Virus record (IMG/VR): IMGVR_UViG_3300021090_000020
Span: 1 to 62,559 of that record
Direction: 5' to 3' (one strand)
Source of the DNA: a virus
Taxonomy: Duplodnaviria > Caudoviricetes
Length of the DNA: 62,559 nucleotides
The notes below the pieces were generated by a model. The model saw only the letters and a program-made list of their open reading frames with translations. It searched no databases and was not told the origin of the DNA. Numbering within the stretch: position 1 is the first letter of the stretch; every line of letters starts with the position of its first letter. Below, one piece after another: positions 19,779 through 29,576 of this stretch. Position numbers and translations under genes: made by a program.

Positions 19779-22700
19779 TGGCCGCGCTCTCATTCGATGA
19801 CCTGATCCCGGACAGTTCGGGCGCAAATCCCGCCGCTTCCGGTTTGGGAGCGGCGCCGCTTTCGTTTGATGATCTGGTGCCCGCTTCGTCGATCGCGGCG
19901 CAGCCCGACGACAGCAGCTTGACAGATTACACGCGCGAGGGTGTGACCGCGTTTGCGGAGCAGGGCAAGAACCTGTTTGCCGGGGCGCTCAAAGGCTACG
20001 GCGCCGCAGCACCAGCCATTGCAGAGCGCTCGATCTCAGCACTCGACAACATCAACGCGCCGCTGGCTGACGACAGCCCGGAGGCGCGCGCGGCTTACCG
20101 CGTTCGCCGCGGCGTGCAGCATCCTTCCGACGATGTGATCGCGCAACGGCGGGCTGCGCTTCAGGGGCGCGCCGATCTCCCGATTGCGGAACAACCACTT
20201 TATCGCGCCGGGCGTGCCGTCGAGGATTTCGGCAAGGAGGCGCTTGGCGCTTCTCCCGGATGGGAGAAAAGCTGGACGCGCGACATTATGGGCGGCCTCG
20301 GCTCGATGACAGCAGGCGTCGGGGTGTCGATGATCCCGGGTGCCGGTCCCGGTCTTGCCGCAACGATCTTCCTCGGCGCCGGCATGGGCGAGGCCGTCGA
20401 CAAGGCGATCAAGGAAGGCGCTACCGAGGAACAGGCGCGCCGAGCGGCAGAGTTAGGTTCCATCGCTGGCGCAACCGACATGATCGACGCGCTGTTGCCT
20501 GCGCTCGGCTCGACCGGCAAGGCATTGGGCTTTATCCGGCGCGTCGGCACACGGGCAATCTATGGATCACTCGCCGAAGGCGGGCAGGAGGGCTTGCAGC
20601 AGTTCATTCAGAACATGATCGCCAAGGGCGTCTATAAGCCCGACCATGACTTGATGGAGGACGTGCTGCGATCAGCCGCGATCGGTGCCATCGTCGGCGG
20701 TGTTACCTCGGGCGGATTTGCGGCTGTGCAGCGCCAGCAGCCAGTCGAAGTCGCGGGGCAGCCCATCGCGCAACCCGAGGACATCGCACCTCCCGGTGCC
20801 GTTCCCGCCGATATGGTCATGCCGGCAGCGGCGGAAGCGCCCGCGCCTGCAGCAGGGACCCCGGCTGCCCCCATTGAGAGCATTCCCACCGGCGCCATGC
20901 CAGCCGAAACCATGCTCCCGTCGGCGGGCCAGCCTTACACGGCGCAAATTCAGGCGCCGCAAGCGCCCCCACCACAGGATCCCGCCGGCCGGCACACCCT
21001 CCAGGCCATGCTGGACGACCCACGCACGGCCGAGGAGATGCGCGCCGACCTGGCGCGCGCCGAGAAAGCCGCCCAGGCCGCCGCCGACCGGATAGGAGCC
21101 GTAGCGCCGGCCGGTAGCCAGACCAGCGTCACCATTAACGGCCTAACCGCGCAGCCCGCGCCACCGTTCGGCCACGATGCTTCACGTGAAACACCCCCGC
21201 AGCCTGTCATCCGTGAGGGTACAGCGGCAATGTACGATCCGGCCGCCGTCGCCGTCGGCCCGGAGCAAACGGCGCAGCCCACGGCCGCGCCCGTGACGCC
21301 GGGAAGCGCTATTGCGGGCGCGGCGCCAACAACCGAGATCCCGCCACCTTCCATCGGCGATGGCACCCGCACAGCGCCGGTTGACGTCCAGACGTCATCC
21401 GATGTGGCCAAGGCCGCGGCGGCGGCCACTACCAACTACAGCCCGAAGCAGGGCGAGGCCAACAACCGCCAGCTCGGGCACGCCAAATGGAACGGCCTTG
21501 AGGCCTCGATCGAGGTTGCTGCAGGTGGTGTCCGGCGCGGCACCAAAAAGACCGGCGAGCCGACGCAGACCACATTCACCGCGCCTTATGGCTATTGGAA
21601 AAAAACCGTTGGCGCCGACAAAATGCCGGTCGATGCCTATTTCGGGCCGCACATCGGCGACCCGAACCTGCCGGCCTACGTGCTGGACGAGCTCGATTCC
21701 AAGACCGGCAAATTCCGCCAGATCAAGACGTTCGCGGGCTTCGCATCGCCGGAGGCCGCAACACAGGCCTATCTCGGCACCAGCACCAAAGGCCCGGAGA
21801 ATATCGGCGGCATCACCGCAATTCCGGCGGCTGAGTTTCCGGCCTGGGTGAGCGACGAGAAGAACACCACCAAGCGGCTGTCGGCGCCGCCGGCTGACAT
21901 AAAAGTCAACACGCCAAAACAGCGCCAGGGCAAGAAAGGCCCGCTGTCGCTCATCGAATTCATCGCGCAGCGCGGCGGCATCGACCCACGGGATCCTCTG
22001 ATCGGCGACGTGCGCATGATCCTCGGCACGCCCAACAGATATATGCGCGGTTACGGGATGCTGATCCGGCCCGGCGGAAAGTACCTCGACAATTTGCACG
22101 AAGCGGCCGTGGAAGCCGGCTACCTGCACGACGAGGCGCGAAACTCAGGCGGCGTAGCTCAATCCACCACCACCGACCTGCTGAACTTGCTCGATGGCGA
22201 ACTGCGCGGCCAGAAAGCCTATTCCGATAACGATCGCGATGAGGTCGCCAACCGCCAGGACATGAAGGACGCCAAGGCGCAGGCCGAACAGCTCGCACGC
22301 GCCCAGGACGAAGTCCGCGCCGTTGCCAAGCGCGATGGCTACAACGCCAGCGACGAGCAGGTGCGGCGCGCCGCCGAGGCCAGTTTGGTCAATGATGCTG
22401 ACCCAATCGACGCGCTTGTGGACATTCTTGAGCGCGACGCCATTGCGGATCGCGACGATCTGGCGGAAACTGTCAAAGCGCGAGGAGAGAAAGATGCTGC
22501 CACAGGAACGGATGCGGGTCGCGCAAGACCTGCGGCGACTGTCCAATCAGCCGGACCTGCCGATCAAGCGTCGGATGGAGGCGCGTCGGCACGCGTCGAA
22601 TCTGGTCAAGATCAACTCGGCCGAGGCGAAACGCGGACCGAAACTGCCGAAGCCACCCGCCGCCCCGAAGGCGTTCGCGGCACCGAAGCCGCCAGCACCA

Positions 22701-25700
22701 CCGAAGCCACCGGCACTGCCGAAGCTGTAGCGGCGGTAGAGCCGGATTCTTCCGGGAAAGAATTGCCAAAGAATGCACCAACAATAAATATTCCTCGAAA
22801 TATTCCTGAAGCAGCCAAGGCCCCGGAAACGGGGCCTTCTGATTCCGGGGCTGTGCAGGTCCAGGCTCCGGTCAAAGCCAAGGGCGTGGCGATTCCGGCG
22901 AAGGCCGAGCCTACAAAAGCGGCGGCCGGCGACGAGCCGAAGCTCGCCATGCGCCGCGATGAAGCGCCGGCAGAGAAGCAAGCAGCACCGGGCGTGCCCG
23001 ACTACGAGCTGCGCACGCCGTTCACGCCTGCGTTCCTCGATCACGCCAACGCGGTGCAACCGCTATTGCGCGCCGAACTCAACCGGCTCGGGCTCCATGA
23101 TATTGCGCTGAAACTGGCCGACCGAATTAACCTATGGGTGCAGGGCCGGCACTCAAGCGCCGATGGCGTCTATTGGAAGCGCACCGTCACGTTGGCGCTC
23201 GATGCCGACCATCAATTCCGCACCCTGCACCACGAGGCGCTGCACGCCTTGCGCGAACTCGGGCTGTTCACCGACGGCGGCGATATTGCCAACCCGCGTG
23301 ATAACGAATGGGGCCTACTTGAGCGCATGTCGAAGGCCAAGTGGCGGGAGCAATTCGAGATCGACAGGTTCTATCCAGAGGTTTCGGAAGAAACCAAGAA
23401 TGAGGAAGGCATCGCCTACGCCTATGCCGCATGGGCCGACGGCAAGTTGAAGGTCGACGGCCGCTTTGTGCGCCTGTTCAAGCGCATCAAGGCGTTCCTC
23501 GAAGCGCTCGGCAATGCGCTGCGGGGTAACGGGTTCAAGACGGTCGAGAGCATCTTTAGCGACATCAAGAGCGGCGAAGTCGGCAAGCGCTTCGGTGCGG
23601 AGCGCGCGGGCGAGCCGATGGCGGCGGCGCGCAAGGGTGACAGCGACCTGTTCAAGACCGAAGTGGTGCAGACCCCCGACGGCCCGCGCGAGCAGGGCGT
23701 CATTCCAGGCGCCGAGAAGATCAGCGAAAAGGAGCGCTTGCAGCGCCAGGCCAACAAGCCGCTCAAGCCGGGCAAGGCGCAGAAAGATGTTGACGGCCTG
23801 CCGCTGTTCAACGACGAGCCAAGCCCCGACCTGCCGATGTTTGCGCTCAAGCGTGAGCCGGAGACGGCCCAGGAACTCATGCGCGTCAGCCAGGGATTTA
23901 TTGCCCGTGGTCAATTCATCGACCGCGCCATGCGCGTGCCGTTCGATTATGCCGGCGGTCTCACGAAAGACGGCCAGTGGAAGCCGGGACTTTACCTTTG
24001 GGACAAGCATCCGACCGCGATGGCCGGCGCGCTCATCGGTGCCCGCATTGGCGCTGCGATTACAAACCCCATCGGCGCGGCAGCCGGACATATTGCTGGC
24101 AAGCTGGTAGCCGGCAAGGTCGGCGCCGGCGTTGGCGAAACCGTCGCGGCCTTTACCGGCGGTCTGCCGGGCGCGGCCGTTGGTGCTGTCGTTGGTGGTG
24201 CTGGCGGCAGGCTCATCATGGCGAAGTTTTCGCCCGCCGGCCGCTTTGCTTTCATGAACCCCATCCTCGAAACCGCGCGCAGCAACTTGATCGACCGCTA
24301 CAATCTTCGCAACCTGCCGGAGTACGTTACGCGCGAACGCGACCGTGCATTGGACGAGCGCGCCAAGCTGATGCAGGCAAACGAAATACTCAAGGCGATG
24401 AACCACGCCGGTGTCGGTTTGCAAGAGGCGCGCGTGCTGCACGCCATCATTACCGAGGGTGCGGTTGCCAGCGCCGATATGGCGGCATTGGCCGAACCGA
24501 TCCAGGCCGCGGTCGATCAATGGGGACAGGAGGCGGTGGCGTATGGACTTGTGAGCGCCGAAAGTTTCGAGCGCAATCGCGGAACCTACATGCACCGCGT
24601 TTATCTCAAAGACGAAGCCGAACAGCACGGCTTGCGGCGCATGGTCAACGGCATCATGGGGTCACGCAGGAAGAAGATCATCGGCGACCAATACAAGGGT
24701 CGCGGCATATTCAACGAGATCGAGTTGCCCCGCCTGATGCGCGACGTACCGGATTGGCATGAGGGCGCGCGCGGCAAGCCGGAAAACGGCGAGAAGTTCG
24801 TGCGTCTCGATGAAATGGCAACACAGCAGCAGCTTGCGCTCGACGAAAAAAAGACCCCCGAAAAGGTGCTGCGCACGGTTTATCTGCCGGTCGGCCGGCA
24901 GATCCCCGACCGCTATTCCGCCTTCCGCAATCAAGGCACATGGGAGGTGCGCGGCAGCAAGAATGGCAAGATCGTGATCTGGCGCGACTTCACCAAGGAA
25001 GAACGCACCAAACTGGGCGAAATTCTCGACGCCCGCTACACTTTCGCCAAGACCGCGATGCTTACCGCTCATGATCTCTCGGTCGGCAAGTTTTACAAGG
25101 ATATATCGCAGAACGAGGATTGGACCAGCAGCACGCCGCCCGATGGCAGAATCATCGACGCCGCCGAATGGCAGGCCGGGCGCCGAGCTTACAAGCCGAA
25201 AGATCACGATTGGGTGCGCGTCCCTGAGACGGAGATTGGCAGCACCGGCGGCAAGAAGCGATGGGGCGCGCTCGCTGGCAAATGGGTACGCGAGGAAATC
25301 TGGCGCGATTTGAACGAGTTGGAAATCCTGTCGCGGCCCAGCACATGGCGCGCGATCATGACAGGCTGGAAAAAAAACAAAACCGCGCGCTCACCCAACG
25401 TCCACATGAACAACGTGGTGTCGAATTTTACGCTGATGGATTTGTTGGACGTGCGGTTCCAAGACTTGATTGACGGTATCCGGTCCTTCGCCAAAGGGGA
25501 CCGGCATTACGAGGAAGCCTTCAAGCACGGCGCGTTCGGCGCCGACATGATTACGCAGGAAATTCGCGACCAAGTCTTGAAGCCGATCCTTGATGAAATC
25601 GCCCGCAGCAATTCCTTGCCTGCCGGCCGCCTCGGCCTGATGGGGCAGGCGTCTAAGTTTACGGAGCTGTTGTGGTCCAAGTTGCAAAAACTAGATCAGA

Positions 25701-26692
25701 AGATGGTCGACCTCTACCGGGTAGAGGACGAGATATTCCGCATGGCGACCTATCTGCGCCGAATTCAATTGGGTGACACCCCCAAGCAGGCGGCCGATCA
25801 TGCCCGCGAGCAGTTTATCGACTACGACATTCGCGCGCCCGGAATTCGCGCCCTGCGCAACACGGCGGTGCCATTTATTTCCTATACCTATCGCGCTGGC
25901 CCGCTGGTGGCAAAAGCCGTTGCAACGCGGCCGTGGAAACTGGCGAAGTACGCGCTCCTTGGCTATGTGCTCAATGCGCTGGCCTACGCCGTCACCGGCG
26001 GCGACGAAGACAAGGAACGGCGCAGCTTGCGCGAGCAGGAGCAAGGCAACACATGGGTTGGCACCGAGCGCATGACGCGGATGCCGTGGAACTCTCAGAA
26101 AGAAGGCTTCCCCGTGTTCCTCGATATTCGCCGGTTCATGCCGGCGGGAGATATCGTCGACTTCAATCAGGGGCAGACGGCGCTGCCAATCGTTCCAGCC
26201 TGGCTGATGATCGGCGGGCCGATGGTGCTCGGCGCGGAATTCTTCTTCAACAAGCAGATGTTCACCGGCCGGGAAATCACCAACGACAAGTCCGACGACT
26301 GGTGGGACAAGACAACAAAGACCGCCAATTGGGCGTGGAAGTCGTGGATGCCGAACGCGCCGTGGGTGCCCAGCTCGTACTCCAACGAAAAGATATGGGA
26401 TGCCGCCTGGGGTGCGCGTGAAAAATATACCGACCGGCCACTTAGTTTGCCGCAGGCGCTTCTATCGTCGGTCGGCATCAAGATCAAACCCGAGGACATG
26501 GATCGCAATTTTGCGCGCAAGGGCCGCGAATTCAAGAAGGTATTCGAGGCACTAAAAACCGAAGAACGAGATTTCAATCTGGACCACGAGGCTGGCACGC
26601 TCTCCGACAGCGCATTTGATCGGAAGACAAAGAACGTGGACAGGAAGCGACAGAACGCCATCGAAAAGATGACCGAGACGTTCAAGGACTGA
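19778..26692 (+). CDS. giant polyvalent virion/ejection protein (iPPase-like domain, zincin HExxH domain, large C-terminal domain)
   Basis: 2304 aa; 'YGYWKKTVGADKMPVDAYFGP...YVLDE...FRQIKTFAGF' (iPPase-like), 'TLHHEALH...EEGIAY' (metallopeptidase), 'FIDYD...VPFISY' C-terminal region. Confidence 0.8.
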   Translation: MAALSFDDLIPDSSGANPAASGLGAAPLSFDDLVPASSIAAQPDDSSLTDYTREGVTAFAEQGKNLFAGALKGYGAAAPAIAERSISALDNINAPLADDSPEARAAYRVRRGVQHPSDDVIAQRRAALQGRADLPIAEQPLYRAGRAVEDFGKEALGASPGWEKSWTRDIMGGLGSMTAGVGVSMIPGAGPGLAATIFLGAGMGEAVDKAIKEGATEEQARRAAELGSIAGATDMIDALLPALGSTGKALGFIRRVGTRAIYGSLAEGGQEGLQQFIQNMIAKGVYKPDHDLMEDVLRSAAIGAIVGGVTSGGFAAVQRQQPVEVAGQPIAQPEDIAPPGAVPADMVMPAAAEAPAPAAGTPAAPIESIPTGAMPAETMLPSAGQPYTAQIQAPQAPPPQDPAGRHTLQAMLDDPRTAEEMRADLARAEKAAQAAADRIGAVAPAGSQTSVTINGLTAQPAPPFGHDASRETPPQPVIREGTAAMYDPAAVAVGPEQTAQPTAAPVTPGSAIAGAAPTTEIPPPSIGDGTRTAPVDVQTSSDVAKAAAAATTNYSPKQGEANNRQLGHAKWNGLEASIEVAAGGVRRGTKKTGEPTQTTFTAPYGYWKKTVGADKMPVDAYFGPHIGDPNLPAYVLDELDSKTGKFRQIKTFAGFASPEAATQAYLGTSTKGPENIGGITAIPAAEFPAWVSDEKNTTKRLSAPPADIKVNTPKQRQGKKGPLSLIEFIAQRGGIDPRDPLIGDVRMILGTPNRYMRGYGMLIRPGGKYLDNLHEAAVEAGYLHDEARNSGGVAQSTTTDLLNLLDGELRGQKAYSDNDRDEVANRQDMKDAKAQAEQLARAQDEVRAVAKRDGYNASDEQVRRAAEASLVNDADPIDALVDILERDAIADRDDLAETVKARGEKDAATGTDAGRARPAATVQSAGPADQASDGGASARVESGQDQLGRGETRTETAEATRRPEGVRGTEAASTTEATGTAEAVAAVEPDSSGKELPKNAPTINIPRNIPEAAKAPETGPSDSGAVQVQAPVKAKGVAIPAKAEPTKAAAGDEPKLAMRRDEAPAEKQAAPGVPDYELRTPFTPAFLDHANAVQPLLRAELNRLGLHDIALKLADRINLWVQGRHSSADGVYWKRTVTLALDADHQFRTLHHEALHALRELGLFTDGGDIANPRDNEWGLLERMSKAKWREQFEIDRFYPEVSEETKNEEGIAYAYAAWADGKLKVDGRFVRLFKRIKAFLEALGNALRGNGFKTVESIFSDIKSGEVGKRFGAERAGEPMAAARKGDSDLFKTEVVQTPDGPREQGVIPGAEKISEKERLQRQANKPLKPGKAQKDVDGLPLFNDEPSPDLPMFALKREPETAQELMRVSQGFIARGQFIDRAMRVPFDYAGGLTKDGQWKPGLYLWDKHPTAMAGALIGARIGAAITNPIGAAAGHIAGKLVAGKVGAGVGETVAAFTGGLPGAAVGAVVGGAGGRLIMAKFSPAGRFAFMNPILETARSNLIDRYNLRNLPEYVTRERDRALDERAKLMQANEILKAMNHAGVGLQEARVLHAIITEGAVASADMAALAEPIQAAVDQWGQEAVAYGLVSAESFERNRGTYMHRVYLKDEAEQHGLRRMVNGIMGSRRKKIIGDQYKGRGIFNEIELPRLMRDVPDWHEGARGKPENGEKFVRLDEMATQQQLALDEKKTPEKVLRTVYLPVGRQIPDRYSAFRNQGTWEVRGSKNGKIVIWRDFTKEERTKLGEILDARYTFAKTAMLTAHDLSVGKFYKDISQNEDWTSSTPPDGRIIDAAEWQAGRRAYKPKDHDWVRVPETEIGSTGGKKRWGALAGKWVREEIWRDLNELEILSRPSTWRAIMTGWKKNKTARSPNVHMNNVVSNFTLMDLLDVRFQDLIDGIRSFAKGDRHYEEAFKHGAFGADMITQEIRDQVLKPILDEIARSNSLPAGRLGLMGQASKFTELLWSKLQKLDQKMVDLYRVEDEIFRMATYLRRIQLGDTPKQAADHAREQFIDYDIRAPGIRALRNTAVPFISYTYRAGPLVAKAVATRPWKLAKYALLGYVLNALAYAVTGGDEDKERRSLREQEQGNTWVGTERMTRMPWNSQKEGFPVFLDIRRFMPAGDIVDFNQGQTALPIVPAWLMIGGPMVLGAEFFFNKQMFTGREITNDKSDDWWDKTTKTANWAWKSWMPNAPWVPSSYSNEKIWDAAWGAREKYTDRPLSLPQALLSSVGIKIKPEDMDRNFARKGREFKKVFEALKTEERDFNLDHEAGTLSDSAFDRKTKNVDRKRQNAIEKMTETFKD
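21178..21193. promoter_or_regulatory. parS-like site
   Basis: TGCTTCACGTGAAACA, 15/16 match to TGTTTCACGTGAAACA. Confidence 0.55.
22494..22730 (+). CDS. nested +1-frame ORF (78 aa, basic, Pro-rich) inside the giant gene
   Basis: GAGGAG at 22482-22487, ATG at 22494. Confidence 0.45.
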   Translation: MLPQERMRVAQDLRRLSNQPDLPIKRRMEARRHASNLVKINSAEAKRGPKLPKPPAAPKAFAAPKPPAPPKPPALPKL

Positions 26693-26867
26693 CGAACCAT
26701 CGCGCAACAACGGCGCAGCCGACGATCAGCCCGGCGGCAATGCAGAGATCGCGCGGCAGCGCCGCCGCCAAAGGCGGGGCATAGCGGGTCAGCATGAGGT
26801 GAAGCCTCAAGCCCCCGACCATCGCCGAGGCAATGGTAATGAGGCCGCCGATGGTGGCGAGAATCAA
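26682..26867 (-). CDS. small two-TM membrane protein
   Basis: 61 aa, hydrophobic, antisense between the giant gene and the lysis cassette. Confidence 0.4.
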   Translation of the reverse strand: MILATIGGLITIASAMVGGLRLHLMLTRYAPPLAAALPRDLCIAAGLIVGCAVVARWFVSP

Positions 26868-26963
26868 TAGGTCGGGCGTGGGCTCGGCCCGAGTTTGCCG
26901 GCTGCGGCCGGGATCCGCAAGGGTCGGATGCTCCCTTAACCCAATCCAATAGCGAGCGATTTC

Positions 26964-27374
26964 ATGCGATCCTTTCTCGCCACCCTTTTACTCGCGCTCT
27001 CGCTCGCCACCTGCGGCACCATGGTGCCGGTTCTGGCGCGTGATCTCGGGCAATGGCAGCAGACCGATCCGCGCATATCGGCCTGGTTCAAGAGCCTGAT
27101 GCAACCGGACAATCCCAACGTGCCGTGTTGCGGAGAAGCTGACGCATATTGGGCCGACAGCTTCGAAATCCAAGGCGATCAGTACGTCGCGATCATCACC
27201 GACGAGCGCGAAGACGCGCCGCTCGGGCGCCTGCATATCGATCCCGGCACCCGCGTCGTCATCCCAAATCACAAACTCAAGTTCAACAAGGGCAACCCCA
27301 CCGGCCACGGCATCGTGTTCATGCACGCGGCGAGCGGTCAGGTGTGGTGCTACATCGCGCCGGGAGGCGTCTGA
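26964..27374 (+). CDS. secreted Cys-containing hypothetical protein
   Basis: Signal peptide; PCCGEAD, GNPTGH, WCY..PG motifs. Confidence 0.75.
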   Translation: MRSFLATLLLALSLATCGTMVPVLARDLGQWQQTDPRISAWFKSLMQPDNPNVPCCGEADAYWADSFEIQGDQYVAIITDEREDAPLGRLHIDPGTRVVIPNHKLKFNKGNPTGHGIVFMHAASGQVWCYIAPGGV

Positions 27375-27376
27375 CC

Positions 27377-28213
27377 ATGGTCGACATCACATTCGACGCC
27401 GTCGCTTTTCCATTCTCGATCGCGCATGAGGGCGGCTGGGACAACGACCCGCACGATCGCGGCAACTGGACCTCGGGTGTCATCGGCAAAGGTGAGTTGA
27501 AGGGCACCAAGTACGGCGTGGCCTCGCACGTCTATCCAAACCTCGACATCAAAAACCTGACGCTGGAGCAGGCGCGCCAGATCCAGCGCCACGACTACGC
27601 CGACAAGGTGGCCTATGACGCGATGCCGGCGGGCGTCGACGTGTCGGTGTTTGACATGGGCTACAATGCCGGCCCGCCACGCTCGCTGATCCTGCTGGAG
27701 CGCGCGCTCGGCGCCACCACCGCCGCGCCGGCACAGCTTGCGGCGCTGGCCAACACGGCACCCGATAAGGTCGCGATCATCAAGGGCTTTGCCGGCAAGC
27801 GGCTGTCTTTCTACCAGGGACTGGCGAAATTCCCGCGCTATGGCCGCGGCTGGTCGCGCCGCGCCGCCGAATGCGAGGCGCTGTCGGTCAAGACCTGGCT
27901 CGGCTACGGCGCCAAGAAGCCGGCGGTCGAGATCAAGCAGACGCTCGAGACCGAGAGCAAGGCGGCGAACAAGGCATCGGCTGGTCATGCCACGTCGGGC
28001 GCGACCGCAGGCGGCGCCGAGACGGTCAATCAGTCGCAAAGCGATTGGGTCTGGCAGTGGGATTGGTCGACCGCGCTGGAAGTGTCGCTGATCGCCGCCG
28101 CCCTTGGACTGATCCTGTATTTCGGCTGGAAGGCGCTGGCGCACAAGGACCGCGCCAATGCCTATGCCGCGCTCGCCAAGGACATCGACATCGCGCCGGC
28201 ACTGCCGGCTTAA
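27377..28213 (+). CDS. endolysin, glycoside hydrolase family 108, with C-terminal TM segment
   Basis: HEGGWDNDPHDRG...TKYGV; FDMGYNAG; YGRGWSRR. Confidence 0.9.
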   Translation: MVDITFDAVAFPFSIAHEGGWDNDPHDRGNWTSGVIGKGELKGTKYGVASHVYPNLDIKNLTLEQARQIQRHDYADKVAYDAMPAGVDVSVFDMGYNAGPPRSLILLERALGATTAAPAQLAALANTAPDKVAIIKGFAGKRLSFYQGLAKFPRYGRGWSRRAAECEALSVKTWLGYGAKKPAVEIKQTLETESKAANKASAGHATSGATAGGAETVNQSQSDWVWQWDWSTALEVSLIAAALGLILYFGWKALAHKDRANAYAALAKDIDIAPALPA

Positions 28214-28229
28214 CGAGGAGAGAGAAGTC

Positions 28230-28577
28230 ATGCGTTTGGTTATTGGACTAACCTTCATCGCCATCATCGCGATCTATGTCTGGCAGATGGTGCTCAGCTA
28301 TCGCGAATTGGCGCAGACGGGCGGTAGCCTCTGGCAGCATTTGCTGGCGGCGGCTTGGGGCTCGGCCACCAAGCTATGGGCTAAGTCGGTCGGCATCGTC
28401 GCATCGCTGATCGGCTATGTGGCGACCATGACCGATTGGCTCAACGCGCCGCAAATAACAGCGCTGATCAAGCAATATGCCGATCCGCAATGGATCGTCG
28501 CGATCATGGCCGCGCTGTTCCTGTTGACCACCTTCGTCACCGAATGGGCGCGTGGCCGCACGCTGGATAAGAGCTGA
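28230..28577 (+). CDS. membrane protein, holin candidate
   Basis: SD GAGGAG; about 3 hydrophobic segments; follows the endolysin. Confidence 0.6.
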   Translation: MRLVIGLTFIAIIAIYVWQMVLSYRELAQTGGSLWQHLLAAAWGSATKLWAKSVGIVASLIGYVATMTDWLNAPQITALIKQYADPQWIVAIMAALFLLTTFVTEWARGRTLDKS

Positions 28578-28580
28578 GCC

Positions 28581-28796
28581 ATGACGCTGCAGAGGGTCAG
28601 GCTGCGGCTGGCGCCCAGCAGCGGTAGCGGCGGCGGGCGCTGGATCAGCGCATGGGTCGATCTCGCTGAATTTCCACACGGCCCTAACCGCACGGCGCTG
28701 GCGCGCGCCAACGCCTTTTTCGCCCGCTTCGTGCCGGACGGCGAGCGCATCGCCGTCGTAGATTTGAGCCAAGGCAACGGTGCAGGAGGGGGATGA
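28581..28796 (+). CDS. hypothetical protein
   Basis: 71 aa, coupled to neighbours. Confidence 0.45.
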   Translation: MTLQRVRLRLAPSSGSGGGRWISAWVDLAEFPHGPNRTALARANAFFARFVPDGERIAVVDLSQGNGAGGG

Positions 28797-29296
28797 TGTT
28801 TGGTCTAACGACAATCATCAGCGGCGCGCTCAAGATCGCCAATTGGGGTGCGGAATATCTGCAAAGAAAGCAGGATATCGAGGCCGAAAAGTATAAGGCC
28901 GATGTCGGTGCCGCGACCACGCTGGGCACGGAAGCCTTGCGCGTCGAGGCGGCGCGCAATGAAGCTTGGGGCCGCGTCGCCGTGCAGGCCATGCTGCATC
29001 CGATGTGGTGGGTGGCATGGGGCCTGTTTGTGCTGCCGGTCGGCTTCTATGACGGCATGATCTTCTTCGTCTCGACCTTCGACCGCTGGCTCAACACGCC
29101 GGGCTGCTCCATTCCTGAAATCGGCCATGGTGTCACGCGCGGCTTGCAGCTCTGCGAGTGGTGGGTGCGCAAGGTGCCGCCGGATCAAGCCGCGCTGCGC
29201 GCCAGCGTGATCTATTTTATTTTCGGCGCACAAGCGACATCCGGCGCCGCGGCCGGTATCGGCCAGGTGGTGTCGCGCTGGCTGGCGAGGAAATAG
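28793..29296 (+). CDS. membrane protein, holin-like
   Basis: Amphipathic N-terminus, coiled coil, two TM segments. Confidence 0.6.
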   Translation: MMFGLTTIISGALKIANWGAEYLQRKQDIEAEKYKADVGAATTLGTEALRVEAARNEAWGRVAVQAMLHPMWWVAWGLFVLPVGFYDGMIFFVSTFDRWLNTPGCSIPEIGHGVTRGLQLCEWWVRKVPPDQAALRASVIYFIFGAQATSGAAAGIGQVVSRWLARK

Positions 29297-29299
29297 CCG

Positions 29300-29572
29300 A
29301 TGGCGCCCGCCCGCAAAATTACCGCCAGCAGCGATGAGATGGCGTTGCATCTGGCGGTCGGCGAGCTGACCGCCGACGTGCGTACGCTCAAATCCTCGGT
29401 CGATAAACTGACCACCATCGTCGAACGGCTGACCAAGCACGAGCAACGCACGCTGTTCCTGCCGGCGGCAGAGAGCGTGCTGCCGCTCGCATTGCGCGTT
29501 GTGTTCAAAGCCGGCTACGGCATCGTCTGCGCGCTGATCGGTGGGCTGAGCGCGCGATACTTTCCTCAATAA
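29300..29572 (+). CDS. coiled-coil protein with C-terminal TM (lysis cassette)
   Basis: 'VGELTADVRTLKSSVDKL' plus hydrophobic tail. Confidence 0.6.
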   Translation: MAPARKITASSDEMALHLAVGELTADVRTLKSSVDKLTTIVERLTKHEQRTLFLPAAESVLPLALRVVFKAGYGIVCALIGGLSARYFPQ

Positions 29573-29576
29573 TTTT

